A program made the position numbers and the translations under genes. DNA of 64,000 nt, taken from the NCBI GenBank assembly GCA_001643675.2, contig LSRY02000004.1:1798001-1862000 (forward strand), written 5' to 3'. This DNA comes from Monocercomonoides exilis PA203 (lineage: Eukaryota; Protista; Preaxostyla). A model generated the notes under the pieces. That model had not been told where the DNA came from, did no database searches, and worked only from the letters and a program-made list of their open reading frames with translations. Positions 15,601 to 23,249 of this stretch are shown here, piece after piece (positions within the stretch are counted from its first letter, which is position 1; every line of letters starts with the position of its first letter).

Positions 15601-17433
15601 AGAAAGCGCCGAAAGATTGCGCTTGGAATGTGCAGGAGGCTGATGCTGTGTGTAAAATTCATGTGAAAATGGAGTTTTCAGAGACGAGACAGAAAGTAAT
15701 GCAGAAGAAGCGATGTGCACAAAAGAGAGAGTTGCTGTGTGCGGAACGGGTGCTCCTTGCTCAAAGGGATGAGGAAGGACAACACGAAAAAGTGTGTTGA
15801 AATAAAGTGTTTCTTTTGGATGGCCTCTGCTGCTTTCGTTTGAGTTTGTCTCATCCTTTTCGCTGTTCAAGTCAGCGGAAAGTGTCTCAATAGATCGTGT
15901 TGGTAGAGACAAAGCAGAAACCACAGTCTCAGAAAGCGACAGATGAAGCAAAGGAGATTGGAATCTGTAGCGAACATTTGGAATTGCAAGACGAAGCATG
16001 GTAGTTTTGTCACCTTCGTCCGTAGCTTTTTCTTCCTCTTTGAAATCGACAGAAAAATGTGTCTTTTTCAAGAACTCCTCCAGCCTTATTTTTTGCTCTT
16101 TTCCTCCTTGTGATCCTTTCTCCGCAGAAACCTCAACAAAACTGCTTCGTTTTGAACGTTTGCCTTTCCCGTTTTTTGAGCAGAGACCGCAGAATGTCTC
16201 TGCCAGCGTTCTGTTCTGAATGTCTATATCAGAACAACAAAGATAACGCTTGCTTAACTTGTGCCGCAACCGAACAATGTCTCCATTGCATACAAATGGA
16301 GAGGTTGAACTTGCAAAATGGGAATCATTGGGGTAAGACACTATGCCAGTGGGATGTTTTGAAAATTTTTCATTTCTCTTGCCTGAACAAAGAAATGCTG
16401 ATTCACAGTCACACAAAGTGTAATCTTTAAACGGATCTTTCTGAGTAGCATCGAGATTCTCCTTTGCAACAACTTCAATTTCAAATGTATCCTCCAAGTC
16501 AGCAACATCTGTGAATGTTGCGCTTGGCTGAATAATATTTGTTGATCCACTCACACCAACAGCTGAGCTAAACATGTTGGTATCTGCAAAATCATTATGG
16601 GAATCGACCATAAATGTCAAATATGGTGAATGTTGAGTGTTGTTCATGAATGAATTGTTGATGAATAATTTATGCTGTTTGTTCATTTTGCGAATTGATT
16701 GCGAATTTTTTACAATATTACGAGAAAAGCAAATTGGCAAGTGTGAGGATCCTTCTTGTCTGGAATTTAATCTGAATGTTGAATTATTCAACACATATGG
16801 GGAAATCAAAGAGGCAGATAATGGTATTTTCCCCAAAGAATTTGATGGGGGAGCGACTTCAAGTTTCCATTTTTGAGGAGGATGAGAAACAAACGCTTGA
16901 AAATGTTCCATTGAGCTGTTTGCAATTCCAATTTTATTTGAAAACTTAGAAAAATAACCAAGATTTAATTCAAGTCCTGTTTTTTGATGAAATAATAAAA
17001 TTCCATCACCAATGCATAAGTTATCTGAATTCAAAGCTTTCATTCCCATTGATTTTGAAAATGGCTTTATAGCCCAAATGAGATCTTCAGAGTTCTCATT
17101 GTTATTTACTGTAACGAATGGAAGAAGCTCACCTGAACGTTTTTCGTAAGTTCGTGAATTTGCAGATAAATATAAATTGTCCATATAGCTTTGAATATAC
17201 ACCAAATCTCCATAATGAAATTGCGTATATTCCGTTTCAGCAACATCCTTTTTAACAGGAATTAATTTCCAATAACAATATTCGCGTTTATATTTGTTAA
17301 TATGCATATTTAATAAATTGCTGTCAATAACGCAAATTTTCCCTTTAAAGCAAGTTAGAACATAATTAGCTGCTAATCCATTAACTTTTGTATAAAATTC
17401 AATAAAAGAATTTGATATTATAGCTTGCTGCAT
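673..17433 (-). CDS. Giant IP3-receptor/ryanodine-receptor-like Ca2+ release channel (5586 aa, single exon)
   Basis: N-terminal MIR/beta-trefoil-like segments (GDLVYIQS, GDGILLFHQKTG, GDIVRLRHKLSKRYL); RIH-associated-like motifs (QLCYGHNFKAQEVLR, KGPNEQNQ); VEIVRDGNLQKYFFPIP; C-terminal TM helices; pore region CDDVFRCF...GMMTGG; ILLGIISGIIVDTFDELSDE; CFACG...HRDEDHNPWRY zinc-finger tail. Many poly-Ser and acidic insertions. Confidence 0.9.
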   Translation of the reverse strand: MQQAIISNSFIEFYTKVNGLAANYVLTCFKGKICVIDSNLLNMHINKYKREYCYWKLIPVKKDVAETEYTQFHYGDLVYIQSYMDNLYLSANSRTYEKRSGELLPFVTVNNNENSEDLIWAIKPFSKSMGMKALNSDNLCIGDGILLFHQKTGLELNLGYFSKFSNKIGIANSSMEHFQAFVSHPPQKWKLEVAPPSNSLGKIPLSASLISPYVLNNSTFRLNSRQEGSSHLPICFSRNIVKNSQSIRKMNKQHKLFINNSFMNNTQHSPYLTFMVDSHNDFADTNMFSSAVGVSGSTNIIQPSATFTDVADLEDTFEIEVVAKENLDATQKDPFKDYTLCDCESAFLCSGKRNEKFSKHPTGIVSYPNDSHFASSTSPFVCNGDIVRLRHKLSKRYLCCSDIDIQNRTLAETFCGLCSKNGKGKRSKRSSFVEVSAEKGSQGGKEQKIRLEEFLKKTHFSVDFKEEEKATDEGDKTTMLRLAIPNVRYRFQSPLLHLSLSETVVSALSLPTRSIETLSADLNSEKDETNSNESSRGHPKETLYFNTLFRVVLPHPFEQGAPVPHTATLSFVHIASSALLSVSSLKTPFSHEFYTQHQPPAHSKRNLSALSVWRGSEDGFETNVSVQNESNMRRKLKMAGSSAILSAFGKRKENAIGNKASLLGLSKRPFIHLPKEEEEEEQDDDEEEIISLMRCVEVGGEKCLALSPPDLSLFLRHFVQNVELATEKGLKDAQKEEEEEEEEEEENGLSKHHNLHEKNKPNNLRVPSLQEPPSRQKAMQLSSLHPPPPIQPGDLCLLNQNYSSDYFSSSSPASKEHDSIKTALESASVYFTSSSLTTSYLSLLYESQDEVAGIAQFCNLCKTDEENNVLLENLKKDKRKMGKDATNEDDSDDCDESDMSLPLYFSEGQNDLFDSMQHDKEMSEEELTKKQFQLMNDKTLTLPSSLSDPLCLDENIPSFTQPQPNLLSPLLQIPSYRSLLAASNALLSFTDTSVSYSQTASSSSSSSFANQSFKSISATALNSIIADCIEKVNEREEKHEISVNEWLKKESQKKDEDSLQASSASSSSSSSSSSSSSSSVLSLPFPKMYSELIFSHCFSATSSSSPPSFQIPLADITSPSSSSFHQIPLHSSSSSSSSSSSSSFCFSHRFLSIPFAIIQKVLLSQQLHSHILSSIARLSYVLRWLDASLSSLSHSYQNIVDTQAKSIKQAQTTKLKQSVFSASQSSSSSSSSSSSTSSSSSSSQSSQQHLSISAIPAVISQSPSLVVLLFLSLIQLIRLLTRLVFASSSAAFDVLPFSSLLWSVSELSSNIKASLIHSIESLPLPSTTTATSSSSLPSSPLNPTKDALILTLRNYLLPLLKSLPSVQNSVCDLFISLFSSLPPSLKSSLPPGLIKELVIATENAVKEDCIQLSKMAEEAAKRKVPVPPSPQEDKDVLGTTPISSKMAISASSSSSSLFKRAKQTSMRAKTDDNQNIFRESHFSTEHSRKMLAVLSVLCTTKQVSHNPFAFSAIDYFVPTPSVDSKMQIQHVNTEFLPRSSSHSASSYSMNASTEASSALNSLSSSSIARIPPHMCLAPIAFNDFDSMHHLLQCAPLVPSLPSSSSASSLLDSAGSSSSGRGDVYLHPHPSLSLMTLKKDGSVKLLSPLIAPLSLFAHHLKEEEEEEKKTAEQKKIEEGIKRECAEREREKKNERNSSKSSSMSSKHSIHSSSSDDVLAHPIDIIFSILIESPSLLQHLCPSSSSSNSSSSSSSASSYSSNKQNSFILVLNADLSKLPQSTSSQQNLTSSSSFSSSLSSSGTHPIPSSQMIPFMTLHLSLLSFFITLSHTQRPFILSSLRSLFPLSVLERLVCFESTFDSAVPVSVKTQLIALTRLLYFEDGSFGEEQKADSNKNGGKQKESQRSLRSTSSMFSSSSSALPVPPPVLDAIAPKEQEFFRANRWREMIRKKEEGEGRIMRHHLVYNRNAVSDSPVASSPDLFSTPLSFQKLISNSSSSSSSSNTSPSHFQFAHLSSYCPSTSLPKPAHTAPSSFAITLFNSLVILCDSTTFGPSEDGKSAVSQLVKREKKNKTGNGSSNDEEEVEIIAPSLSVEQLQYISVAVSLIAHLLRTRQCALSILPQKLLRRCLNSLKRFCAEEGRKEAEEEEIKERIVERKKMKMLEREKNVDGNDPAMNANDDDNDDDNDEEDNWGLNTQGKGYSKSNKTFIDERRLWEVDEGGCYFAIEAENEGENKQPSQIQKYKGSSLNSPAIPLSASAVSAILPLPTLRDEQSVQLSHFYSSSLPPLLPLNLHNTISSSSSSSSLPLSNLTRSSFLYKQTLLHTQQFILQLLRVVDESIQSECVDASFDFFVESFNEIGTAALSPAQTPSSTLVASSPSSSFTQTLTSSFTHLIESNTPTSFFCGLLKATNSVFTQDTHPFLYTQFALLLSRENTSFYRLWNALKNAEIYTDENVKPKRSNTIAKEVESETGVGSSSAPTTFSYVNAMSTLLRWTAEAMCAVLNEWAILQRKGNYLNVIYQLSMDYLRHKVASNSLIQSANSKEKHSKSAELLIEMKMKEKRLLDSGRLVVCISDVYCLLVNLLHLLFDQPLPTKGQQSASSSSSSASKNASSKVDPELEFPFIRSTNSLKLRTLNPFEVGSALQNQITASIATSSSFSFASSSSLSSYALETLSSSASRSSSMSVCVNKQHSLSELEAAQLSSYAVHPLSQRLFFSMDGASIISSVLRFCIPAELLPLVYAFDIIQNSKNSLSFQSADVNNASELRTKQQVDKAFSTARKLILYREKEKLNSSNSAGESYSLTMQSTSSSASANSQSSSKWTRDHTNPVQSLLQMCITVLLAASSPPQQSDCSDLIALFPLLLILIFSDEKIKGLSLLIERAINSMKRKEKQQREEADEDEDKEEEDATNENKNAEDSTLDNQSGSTSHGNSSSNNGKMSPTDAKGNTVVEFCCYLLQFAFEIQVEKETQGIDTQNCSVTNAHKSESSEHPILLITNVLSSIAFDGTAVSPSSQAIILSFLKTKEGNKIINAAINAAEVQSITSKKLKPRSLDDGTSRINNGKESNFSLSSFVGSKDSSSTSSLLYSTARTESGSFRNYHSASSFLCSLPFHLAILSLLSSVCAGGFSRQAQQFCRMCFPLSLVADILKDEKRNKVLVKIGEMVGECLNKRKGSAKGDDDAQDNKEGMKKQTKVEQSFPITGKKTKRSISKQNNKSEPSDKDERADSDTNELKNEDDDDMEEEEDEDDDLSVTERIIKRTKVLSAYFSFLTHAYLTPYVSVRTTSVVAKTVHSGSSVSSSPNPFHSYSHSLSSESLSASSSEVSLPTLSTGNSPFGTLRLRHVKKKSFVPIDFVPVISKSSPFPVRVFLPPSPYASVITLEADEIVLLEDFLDSIVPVMSFLTALDIKHSGIEAYFVQMMDRANIKEAESSPLSISHTADNAPQAPVPPPPLCSSQGDSFNIGALVSDALESNRELVFSVHSLCSSLLSSLSLFIETFFNTTLVTFIVEKYSFSQMLHGSELLRRYTKKKFEGESEEKKKSEEDEENSSLLQNGSTSTEDSLLPSSSSSSPLSVISPFSSSTLDLSRTPFQISEALQKNICILLTDSTNTLLGIYSSLQTSLAYTHSPLLWRREAAKHYYSAAIPMMINLPLSKNSASSTSIAGSPSTAHIRQNSSNTPSLAATPSENSNTISNSPSHKRLLSAPFLSTSKQQNSTPVSTPSSFVESDDTPTPKLSPMLFSQGSYPNIINLSIFFGSSSPLTAPISGELYQYCDKLYKQMTELASLLCFNQKQGNAGHFGTLSRSQTLIMNASKKDLKTGNGNSKSVGNIFSPLTLSNLATGSDALVLQRWNLFCTLFHSMFAYKMSFQSICFFSSLVEMTQKNPQAFARVTSLLQQSFYSLLPTHSQSIAVAAEILDAERKDRSEWEATLKGVILDFFFFFIQTAKRKKQKKGKNWIVSTEEYLVRSLLSLIEEEDDSMLQVCKTETSTFPGDYSGSSSASSSSSSSSFLLSSSYSASSSVTFSHSSPFDASSLQMSVFLGSLTDVINKQLFAFRCGMCDNAISSLLSNNELASSFNYSSAAADSLEASTLSEENTLRSLRVLLFLLVGGNETVRNRLIDILCNKKDSNSEPETSSLSSSLSTTNKNEISFGKCIEAIIQNETISVRASPWWNNMEFFAQSSTAKIDSTFPLTQSVSSNMPSTSPTPTPTPSHSPSAKTAILPTSSTPPNLFSSQKEDNCAHTLIQSVFALMGQLCYGHNFKAQEVLRGSGCVNEDGVAFRGEGNILLAVIEYVNAIIPNSFPEAYFSLFDPAVVDNATDKANAPSSNESISLQTTSDDSEFSDSKAVDYGLSLLIESKLPLSFSSLNNNLGMSADEMLHHITLSLHAMAATMKGPNEQNQLFFVSSDAGLKLINSLFSLKLKIDEIGLSLLKHERELRMKFNKSKGLFQRASDYFTLLSKKEGNPLAPTERKYTRSATSDLLTSAGDIVESSKALSLAERRLTSAAVSLVRAVLEGSGGAVRAVKLSRLTRIRHGLIRRVAAYAMILRSDIMDTFETDQEKEIFFREGLNAYILYRQILDRDEEEKAKVEMKLDGDDVGEWGVLEKVAKLPIGFERVGNMKLWDEEEEKWIVTGKKPKKRKAKVALNSKGDKMNTGLNGNQSGNNIIGTLSQEDNDELNDFEELDITDPLLMSNEINSDNTNDEDKEEDSIAEDNLEILSSQLEQEEAVDLSLHIVFEPMFSKCITWVEIVRDGNLQKYFFPIPSLCNELSDDDKEAVMGDLDHSNLPGKLAEFSTRCSDLYEVAQIKSRMKDWKKRHWPKRIEKEKDENEMLKKNNSNQQKYVVSSSSSQNTLKQNSSMTKEPDEITNNAESNNAGQVNSSLARMLDPSSSSEKIAIQKIPKAKMASRMFSYFLTRSKFISFMRILFNIVAIVLNVMVIFIPSDALDGDSISNRTFFIITAILATVLIVTSSFILVSKFMLKFHIRAERYYWEKRREQAAKIWEETGKTLEEFLEERKKRKEEIANIKQMRKKEKKEKQKASSKNNDPKNQTNFFISASTSATKTEKNAQKNISEGSNDEEGTRSKDEENSLSLNSDDVFNLILKESAKSPINISFAFHAKCYAISILTNREIWTLVAYIVSPVLGLAVSPAFFLVPLLDILDQSRIVHMIFHSISHNAAELIFTGLLLVVVCYLFGIIGLRFFRSSLLQYSDDPDAGIVCDDVFRCFLVMVAGMMTGGKWMQERFLFAGWDGTNDHAGSQFADFVYMMLYFMILSVILLGIISGIIVDTFDELSDERDKAVQERTEKCFACGMPSNPFMSRGYEFSKHRDEDHNPWRYFAAYIYVNETIFGKRREEKRKRKTKAKLLKAQKEKFMNEIQQYQFQLNEYIEQQREKGFDVSSLIGSSGDGNEDDDESGIKEKYPYVAELKKSIIATKEKMNECIRQGLKSEVDTVRERINLVGGDELWLIGKYLKGDNTFYPIHRATVLDGEGTHRSSTGYDEDEDDEKSKYSGEHEEEDEMKEKSGDEDREGNKMSINKQKSSGKRTRIQKSPVEGELFENIFMEALTLQRQVLKMNRTLQS

Positions 17434-17919
17434 GGATTAAAAAGGTGAATAATAATTTTCTAATTATTTAATGGTACTAACGATCAATGAAATTCAATTA
17501 AATAAAAAAGGTCTTTTCTGTGATTATTTTTATTGTTAGTGATTTAAAAATGAAAAAATTTGAATAGATATAATTGAACGAAAATTGTTTTTTGAATTCA
17601 CAAAGGAAAATGATAATCAATTAAAAATGTCATTGTAAACACAAAATTGTGATAAAAAAATAAAAAATAAAAAATATATATAAATTTATTAATCACATGT
17701 TGGATTGGTATATTATTATTTTCCAAAGTGATTATGAGCTTAAAGATGAAGTTGTTTGAATAGTTGAGTTTCATCAAAAAATAAAGAATTACAAATATCT
17801 GCTCTTGTCAAAGCAATCCAAATGTTATTTTCGTTCGAAAACGTAGAAAGCCATTTATCCAAAAAATTTTTTAATAAAAAAATAATTTATATATTATACA
17901 CCATTATAGATCTGATTGA

Positions 17920-19329
17920 ATGATTGGTAGTGAGTCAATAGAGTCAATAAGTGAAAAGCATTTCGGTATTTTTTCAGCAAAAACTCTTTATTTCAAAAAA
18001 AAATAAATTCATTCCATTTTGAAGAATTGCTTGATGAATTGAAAAGAAGTGTGATTACTGGCCAAATAGCAAAAATCAATGAATTGAGCAAAATGACAAG
18101 CAAAATGAATGAAAAAGACTTGGATTTAGTTTTCACAGAAGAGACATTCAACAAAATAGATCAAATGATTGAAGAAAAGAAAATATCAATTGAAAATATG
18201 TGTTTATTGTTGAAGCAAATGGGATATTGCAAAATATTGAAAACAAATTGGAATAACAGTTATGTCTTTTCTTCGTTGAGCTTAAGAATTGAGAGGATGA
18301 TTTTTGACGAAGATAAGAAAAAAGAAGAAAAGAACGTAAATCTTCTTGTTGATCTAAGTGAATGCTATCTTTTTCTTACCAACGGATTATCAAAAGAACT
18401 ATTATTGATTTGCATTCCTTGCCTTTTGAAAATTGCATTGAAGAAAGAGGAAAACGAGGAAGCTCAAAAAGAAGTGGAAATGGCTTTACTGGCTTTGAGC
18501 AATGCTGGATATCGTGTATGAGGAGTTTGCATTCCGTTTTGATATTGTTGGTTTTTTTGTTCTCTTTTTTTAGGAAGTGAGAAATAGTCTTTTCGTGGAT
18601 AAAATCAAAGAGATTATCCAATATCATCAGAATCATCGCAATCTTACGCATCTTGCTTATCAATCCGCTTGGAAGTTTCTTAAAGACAGATTTTACAGCT
18701 CAAGAAAATTAATTAATGATTTAATGAACTCTCTGCATTTTATTGAAGAAGCAACGAAAGAATTGGACGAGTTATCAAAAAATATGAATTGGAAGAAAAA
18801 GGACAAGGATGAAAATGAAATGAAAGTCATATGGACAATTAGAAGGTGGTTTAGTTTGATTTATTCGTATTTTTATAGAGGTGAATTTCGTGGAAAACAG
18901 CAAACAAGAGTGATTTCGTGTATTTTGAGGATTAACAAAGCAGCAAAAGATGATTGTGATGAAATTAGCATAAATTGGTTGGATCTATTTAGAGCAATGC
19001 TTACAAATGGAACAGTAGGTGTAAGTGAGTTATGGAGATGCGGAGTGGGAAATTTCGTATTGGATGAAATCATCAAATCAACTTTGAAATTTTCTGGTTT
19101 ATGCTATTGCTTACAATTCTTTCATACTCTTTCGAAGTGCATGAGGAAAATAAAAAACATTTCCGATGAAAAATCAAAAGCAATTGAAATAAAAAGAGAA
19201 ATATTTGAGATGCTTGAAGAAGAAGATTACGAAGATGTAATCGTCACATTTTATGGATATTTTCCGTTTATAAGTGATTATGGAAGAGACTTTTCTGGAC
19301 AAATCACAGACTTTTTAGTGAATGTGTAA
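17920..19329 (+). CDS. Lineage-specific multicopy hypothetical protein (3 exons: 17920-17965, 18025-18515, 18574-19329)
   Basis: ORFs 18027-18521 and 18577-19329 join in frame via a GTATG...TAG intron at 18516-18573. A further GT..AG intron at 17966-18024 gives an upstream ATG. Motifs KKEENEEAQKEVEMALLALS, HRNLTHLAYQSAW and EEEDYED resemble a large repeated gene family I recall from Monocercomonoides. Confidence 0.7.
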
Positions 19330-19722
19330 AATATGTGTTATCTTTTATTTCTTGAGTTTATAATGCAACGATTAAAGAACTATAATTTTGGAAGATTGAG
19401 TGTTTTATTTATTTATTTTGTTATTTTCAATTTTGTTTTTATGTGTCTTTCTTCTTTTTTTTTTCTTTCAAAAACTTATTCATAAAGTTTTTTCTTTTGA
19501 GAGAATGCAAAATTGAATGATTTGTTCATTTGAAAACAAAAAAGAACTTCCGTTTCGATATTTCATCGACAAACAGTCAAATGTTTTGTGAGAATCTTTC
19601 TATTTATTACCACAAACACTTCATTTTCAATATTTATAAATCAAATTCTATTGACAAAAAATAAAAAAATATAATCTCTGAATTTAAAATTTATTTATAA
19701 TTTGTTCTTGTAAAGTTTACAG

Positions 19723-21619
19723 CTAATTATCAAACAAAAAATTGATAGCGCTTTCCATGTTTTTCCCACATGCAATGTATGCCTCTGTAGCTGTAGCTGA
19801 AGCTGAGCCGGTCATTTCCACTATTTGCTCAATTTTTGCTCTGTCTTCGTCTGTCAGGTCTTGTCCAATTGCTGCATCATCAGCCAATGCTGAAGCTCTT
19901 ATTGGAGAAGATGGAAGAGTTGTTTGAACAGAAGGTGCCATTTGTCCACGAAATTGTGGAGGCATATACGGAAGCATATTCTGTCTTTGTGGAGGCTGTG
20001 CTGGTGCCTCTGCATCCTGATGATGCTCTGCTGCGGACTGAGGGGCTGTGCCGCTCACAGGCTGAGCTGTCGGATGCCCAGCTGTCTGGTTGATCATCTC
20101 CACCATCTGGTTCACCCGCTCAAGCGTCCCATCTGCCGTTGTACCAGAATATCCCGTGATGATGCATATAAACTCGCGGGGATATTGCGTGATTTCCTGT
20201 GCAAGTTCTGGGTTGGTCCCAGAAAGAAGCGTGACAATCTGCGGAAGAGAAGTGGGTGCTGTCGTCAGCATCTGCCTGAGCTGCATCAGCTGCGGATGTG
20301 TGCGAAGCTGGTCGAGCATCGGGTGCTGTTCAGCTGCAGACTGAACCTGAGCTGTACGTCTTGTGGCTGCCTCGTTAGCAAGGCTTTGAAGCCGCCTTGT
20401 TTCCTGCTGAAGCCCACGGACCCTGCTGAGCAATTGGCTGACAGATGGATTTTCCTGGCTTTGTCCTTCGGTTGCTTGCGACTGATAGCGCTCTCTCATC
20501 GCATTCAGATCGTCGCTTCTCGCTTCCATTTCTCTATATATGTCATGAAGAGCTGCATCATTTCCTTCTACATCGTCTGCATCCATCGATACAGATGAAC
20601 TCTCAGAAAAATCATCTCCGTCTGAAAGTTCAATGCTCATCGCGGCATCAATGCTCGCCCTCCTTCCTCTTGGAGCAGGGCCATCTGCAGGAACTCCGTC
20701 CACTCCACTCAGCAGTGCCATGTCATCCGGTATCCCGTTCATCAAGTACTCAACAGCTCCATTCACATCACCAAATGCAGCACGCAATGCTCTCCCAGCT
20801 TCATGTGGATCAAACCCCATTGCAATCAGCTCTTCCAGCTGAGCTGAATTTGCATCGCCTCCTTGGGCAGGCGCTGGTTGAGAATCGCCGGCTCCTGTAG
20901 TCGGCTTTGGTTGTTCAGGTTCTGTAGGAGGAGTAGGATTTGTACTTGTTGTGGTTGATGTGCCGAAAAAAGATGCAAGATTCCTTTTAGCAGAAGAAGA
21001 GTTTTGCTGTTGTGATTGTTGCAAAGATGTTTCAGGCTGCGAAGATGGTTGAGAAGTTGGCTGAGAAGTTGGCTGAGAGGCTGGTTGAGAGGCTGGTTGA
21101 GAGGCTGGTTGAGAAGTGGGTTGCGAAGCTGGTTGGGATGAAGGTTGAGAAGATGGTTGAGAAGGCAGTGTGTCATTCGAAGGAGGCTTTGAGGAAGATA
21201 TTGGCTGTGAAGTATTTTGTGTTGCATTGCTCGCTGGTGGTGCTGCAGTCTGTAATTAAGTATATTTAGAATTATTTAGTTCAAAAAATTCAATTACCAC
21301 GATTTTTGAAATTAAAAGGAGCAAACTCGCTTTACATAAAAGACAATGACACTATTGTCAATCTGAAATATGTTATATTTATCAAAAATTTTAGTCAAAA
21401 TCAAAGTTATCATCTTCAGAAAAGGAGATTTCAAACAACATTGCATTCTTTTAGTGTTTTTCCATCTTGCAAAACTTTTCCAGCAAAAACAAGATTTTGA
21501 CTTTGAGCTGCGAATCCATGTTTGATTTCTATTTCATGTTTGAGATCAAAAACACTTGCACTTTCATCAATTTCAATCTGATAAATTTTTGATGACAAAG
21601 TCTTCAATTTGATAAGCAT
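19723..21619 (-). CDS. RAD23: UV excision repair / ubiquitin shuttle protein Rad23 (UBL-UBA-XPC-binding-UBA; exons 21619-21437, 21362-21327, 21249-19723)
   Basis: UBL domain (MLIKLKTL...QNLVFAGKVLQDGKTLKEC); SQP-repeat linker; UBA1 (LIAMGF...ALRAAFGDVNGAVEYLMNGIP); XPC-binding region (QLRTHPQLMQLRQM...NPELAQEI); UBA2 (EAYIACGKNMESAINFLFDN). Two GTTTG..CAG introns preserve the frame. Confidence 0.92.
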
Positions 21620-21794
21620 GTGTTTTCGTTCAACTAATTTTCGCACCAGATATGTTGAAAATGCGTATTTCAAATTGAAATTCGAAAAACGAAATGAAAA
21701 TTCATATAAACCCAGATAATTGAGCATACATTTTGATCAAAAGATCCATATCCCATTCACAATCTATTATTAATCGTTTTGTTTCGAAATTTTA

Positions 21795-22716
21795 TACACC
21801 AAAAATTATTCAAAGTCGAAAAACTTTCAAACGAAATCGAAAATTATTATTCAAAGTCAGAAAACTTTCATTCAAAGTCGAAAACTTTCATTCAAAGTCG
21901 AAAAAGTTTCAATCAAAGTCGAAAAATTTCATTCAAAGTCGAAAAAGTTTCAAACGAAATCGAAAAACTTTCAACCGAAATCGAAACCAAGACAAAAAAA
22001 TGAACGATTAATATTGAAAATTCAATTGAAGTGGATCTTTGTTCTTTTGTTTTTGTGAATATTATCAGCAATGTGTGTGTTGTTGATTTCTGCAAAATAT
22101 GAGGATTAAGAATCAAAATAAACTCTTTAATAAGCTCGAGACAAAATTTATTCAACATTTGTTTCCTTCCATATTAAATGAATATTTTGATATGAAAAAC
22201 TCGAATTATGAAATCAAATTTTGAGTTCATCATTCTTCATAAATTGTGAAAATATAAGAATAAAAATTTTTTTCTAATCTTTTGAAAAGCAATGCATTTC
22301 AATCGAAATATTATAAAAATATATCATTATATCTCTCATAATTTAAAATTTTTGTAATTGGACAAAAGAAGGCAAAGAAAAACATCGGAAAAAAGATGAA
22401 AAATCATAAAAACAACAAATATCATCGATTTTTTAACAATCACAATGTTTTTTGACTTTTATTAATTTTTGTCAACTCTTTGAAATTTTGAAAAATTTCG
22501 AACTTTCGACTTTGCTTGAAAGTTTTTCGATTTCGGTTGAAAGTTTTTCGATTTCGTTTGAAACTTTTTCGACTTTGAATGAAATTTTTCGACTTTGAAT
22601 GAAAGTTTTCGACTTTGAATGAAAGTTTTCTGACTTTGAATAATAATTTTCGATTTCGTTTGAAAGTTTTTCGACTTTGGTTGAAAGTTTTTCGACTTTG
22701 AATAATTTTTGGTGTA
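21795..22716. mobile_element. Non-autonomous foldback/MITE-like element with ~200-bp TIRs built of ~20-nt tandem units, TA flanks
   Basis: TA|TACACCAAAAATTATTCAAAGTCG... at 21793 is the reverse complement of ...CGACTTTGAATAATTTTTGGTGTA|TA at 22718. Both arms are arrays of variants of TTCAAAGTCGAAAAACTTTC. The AT-rich core is non-coding. Confidence 0.8.
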
Positions 22717-23249
22717 TATCTTCTCAAAAGACTGAAACAGATTGCTGTTTTTCAATTCCACAGGTACAGTAGTTTCCTAGGCTTTAAGAAGCTTTTCTGG
22801 AGAAAAGACATTTTTTTATCCAATGAGTGAAGATATTGAAAAGGCTTTTAATTTTCAATTTCTCACATAACCTTCTCTATCTACCCACTTCACATCTTTA
22901 CAAGGCATCTTGCTATTTTGGAAGAATTAGTTATTTTGAAGTTGAAATATCACTTAAGGCATACTTCAATCATTGTCTTTCCAAATAAATTCTTCGTTTT
23001 TTGATCTAATTAAAAGTGATTTCTCAATATTTTTCATATATTCGTATCACAATTTGCTCTAAAACTGAGCATAAATGCATAAACTTTGAAATTCTTTTCA
23101 CTGAAGCGTGCAATCAACTTTTCTAAATTGTACCACAGTTGAGTTGGATATATTGCTTATTAAAATCACAATAATTTATTGCTTTTTTTTTTCGGTTTTC
23201 ACCAATATTAGAAGCTGTTTCAACAAACATAAAGAAAGATATCATGCAA

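Noticed and set aside
992-16876. Dozens of short ORFs overlapping the giant channel gene
   Set aside because: Antisense or alternative-frame shadows of low-complexity coding sequence.
21795-21990. ~20-nt repeat array as a CRISPR array or as KVEK/SKSK repeat proteins
   Set aside because: The units are contiguous with no unique spacers, there are no cas genes, the context is eukaryotic, and the array is mirrored at 22500-22716. The ORFs are by-products of the repeat.
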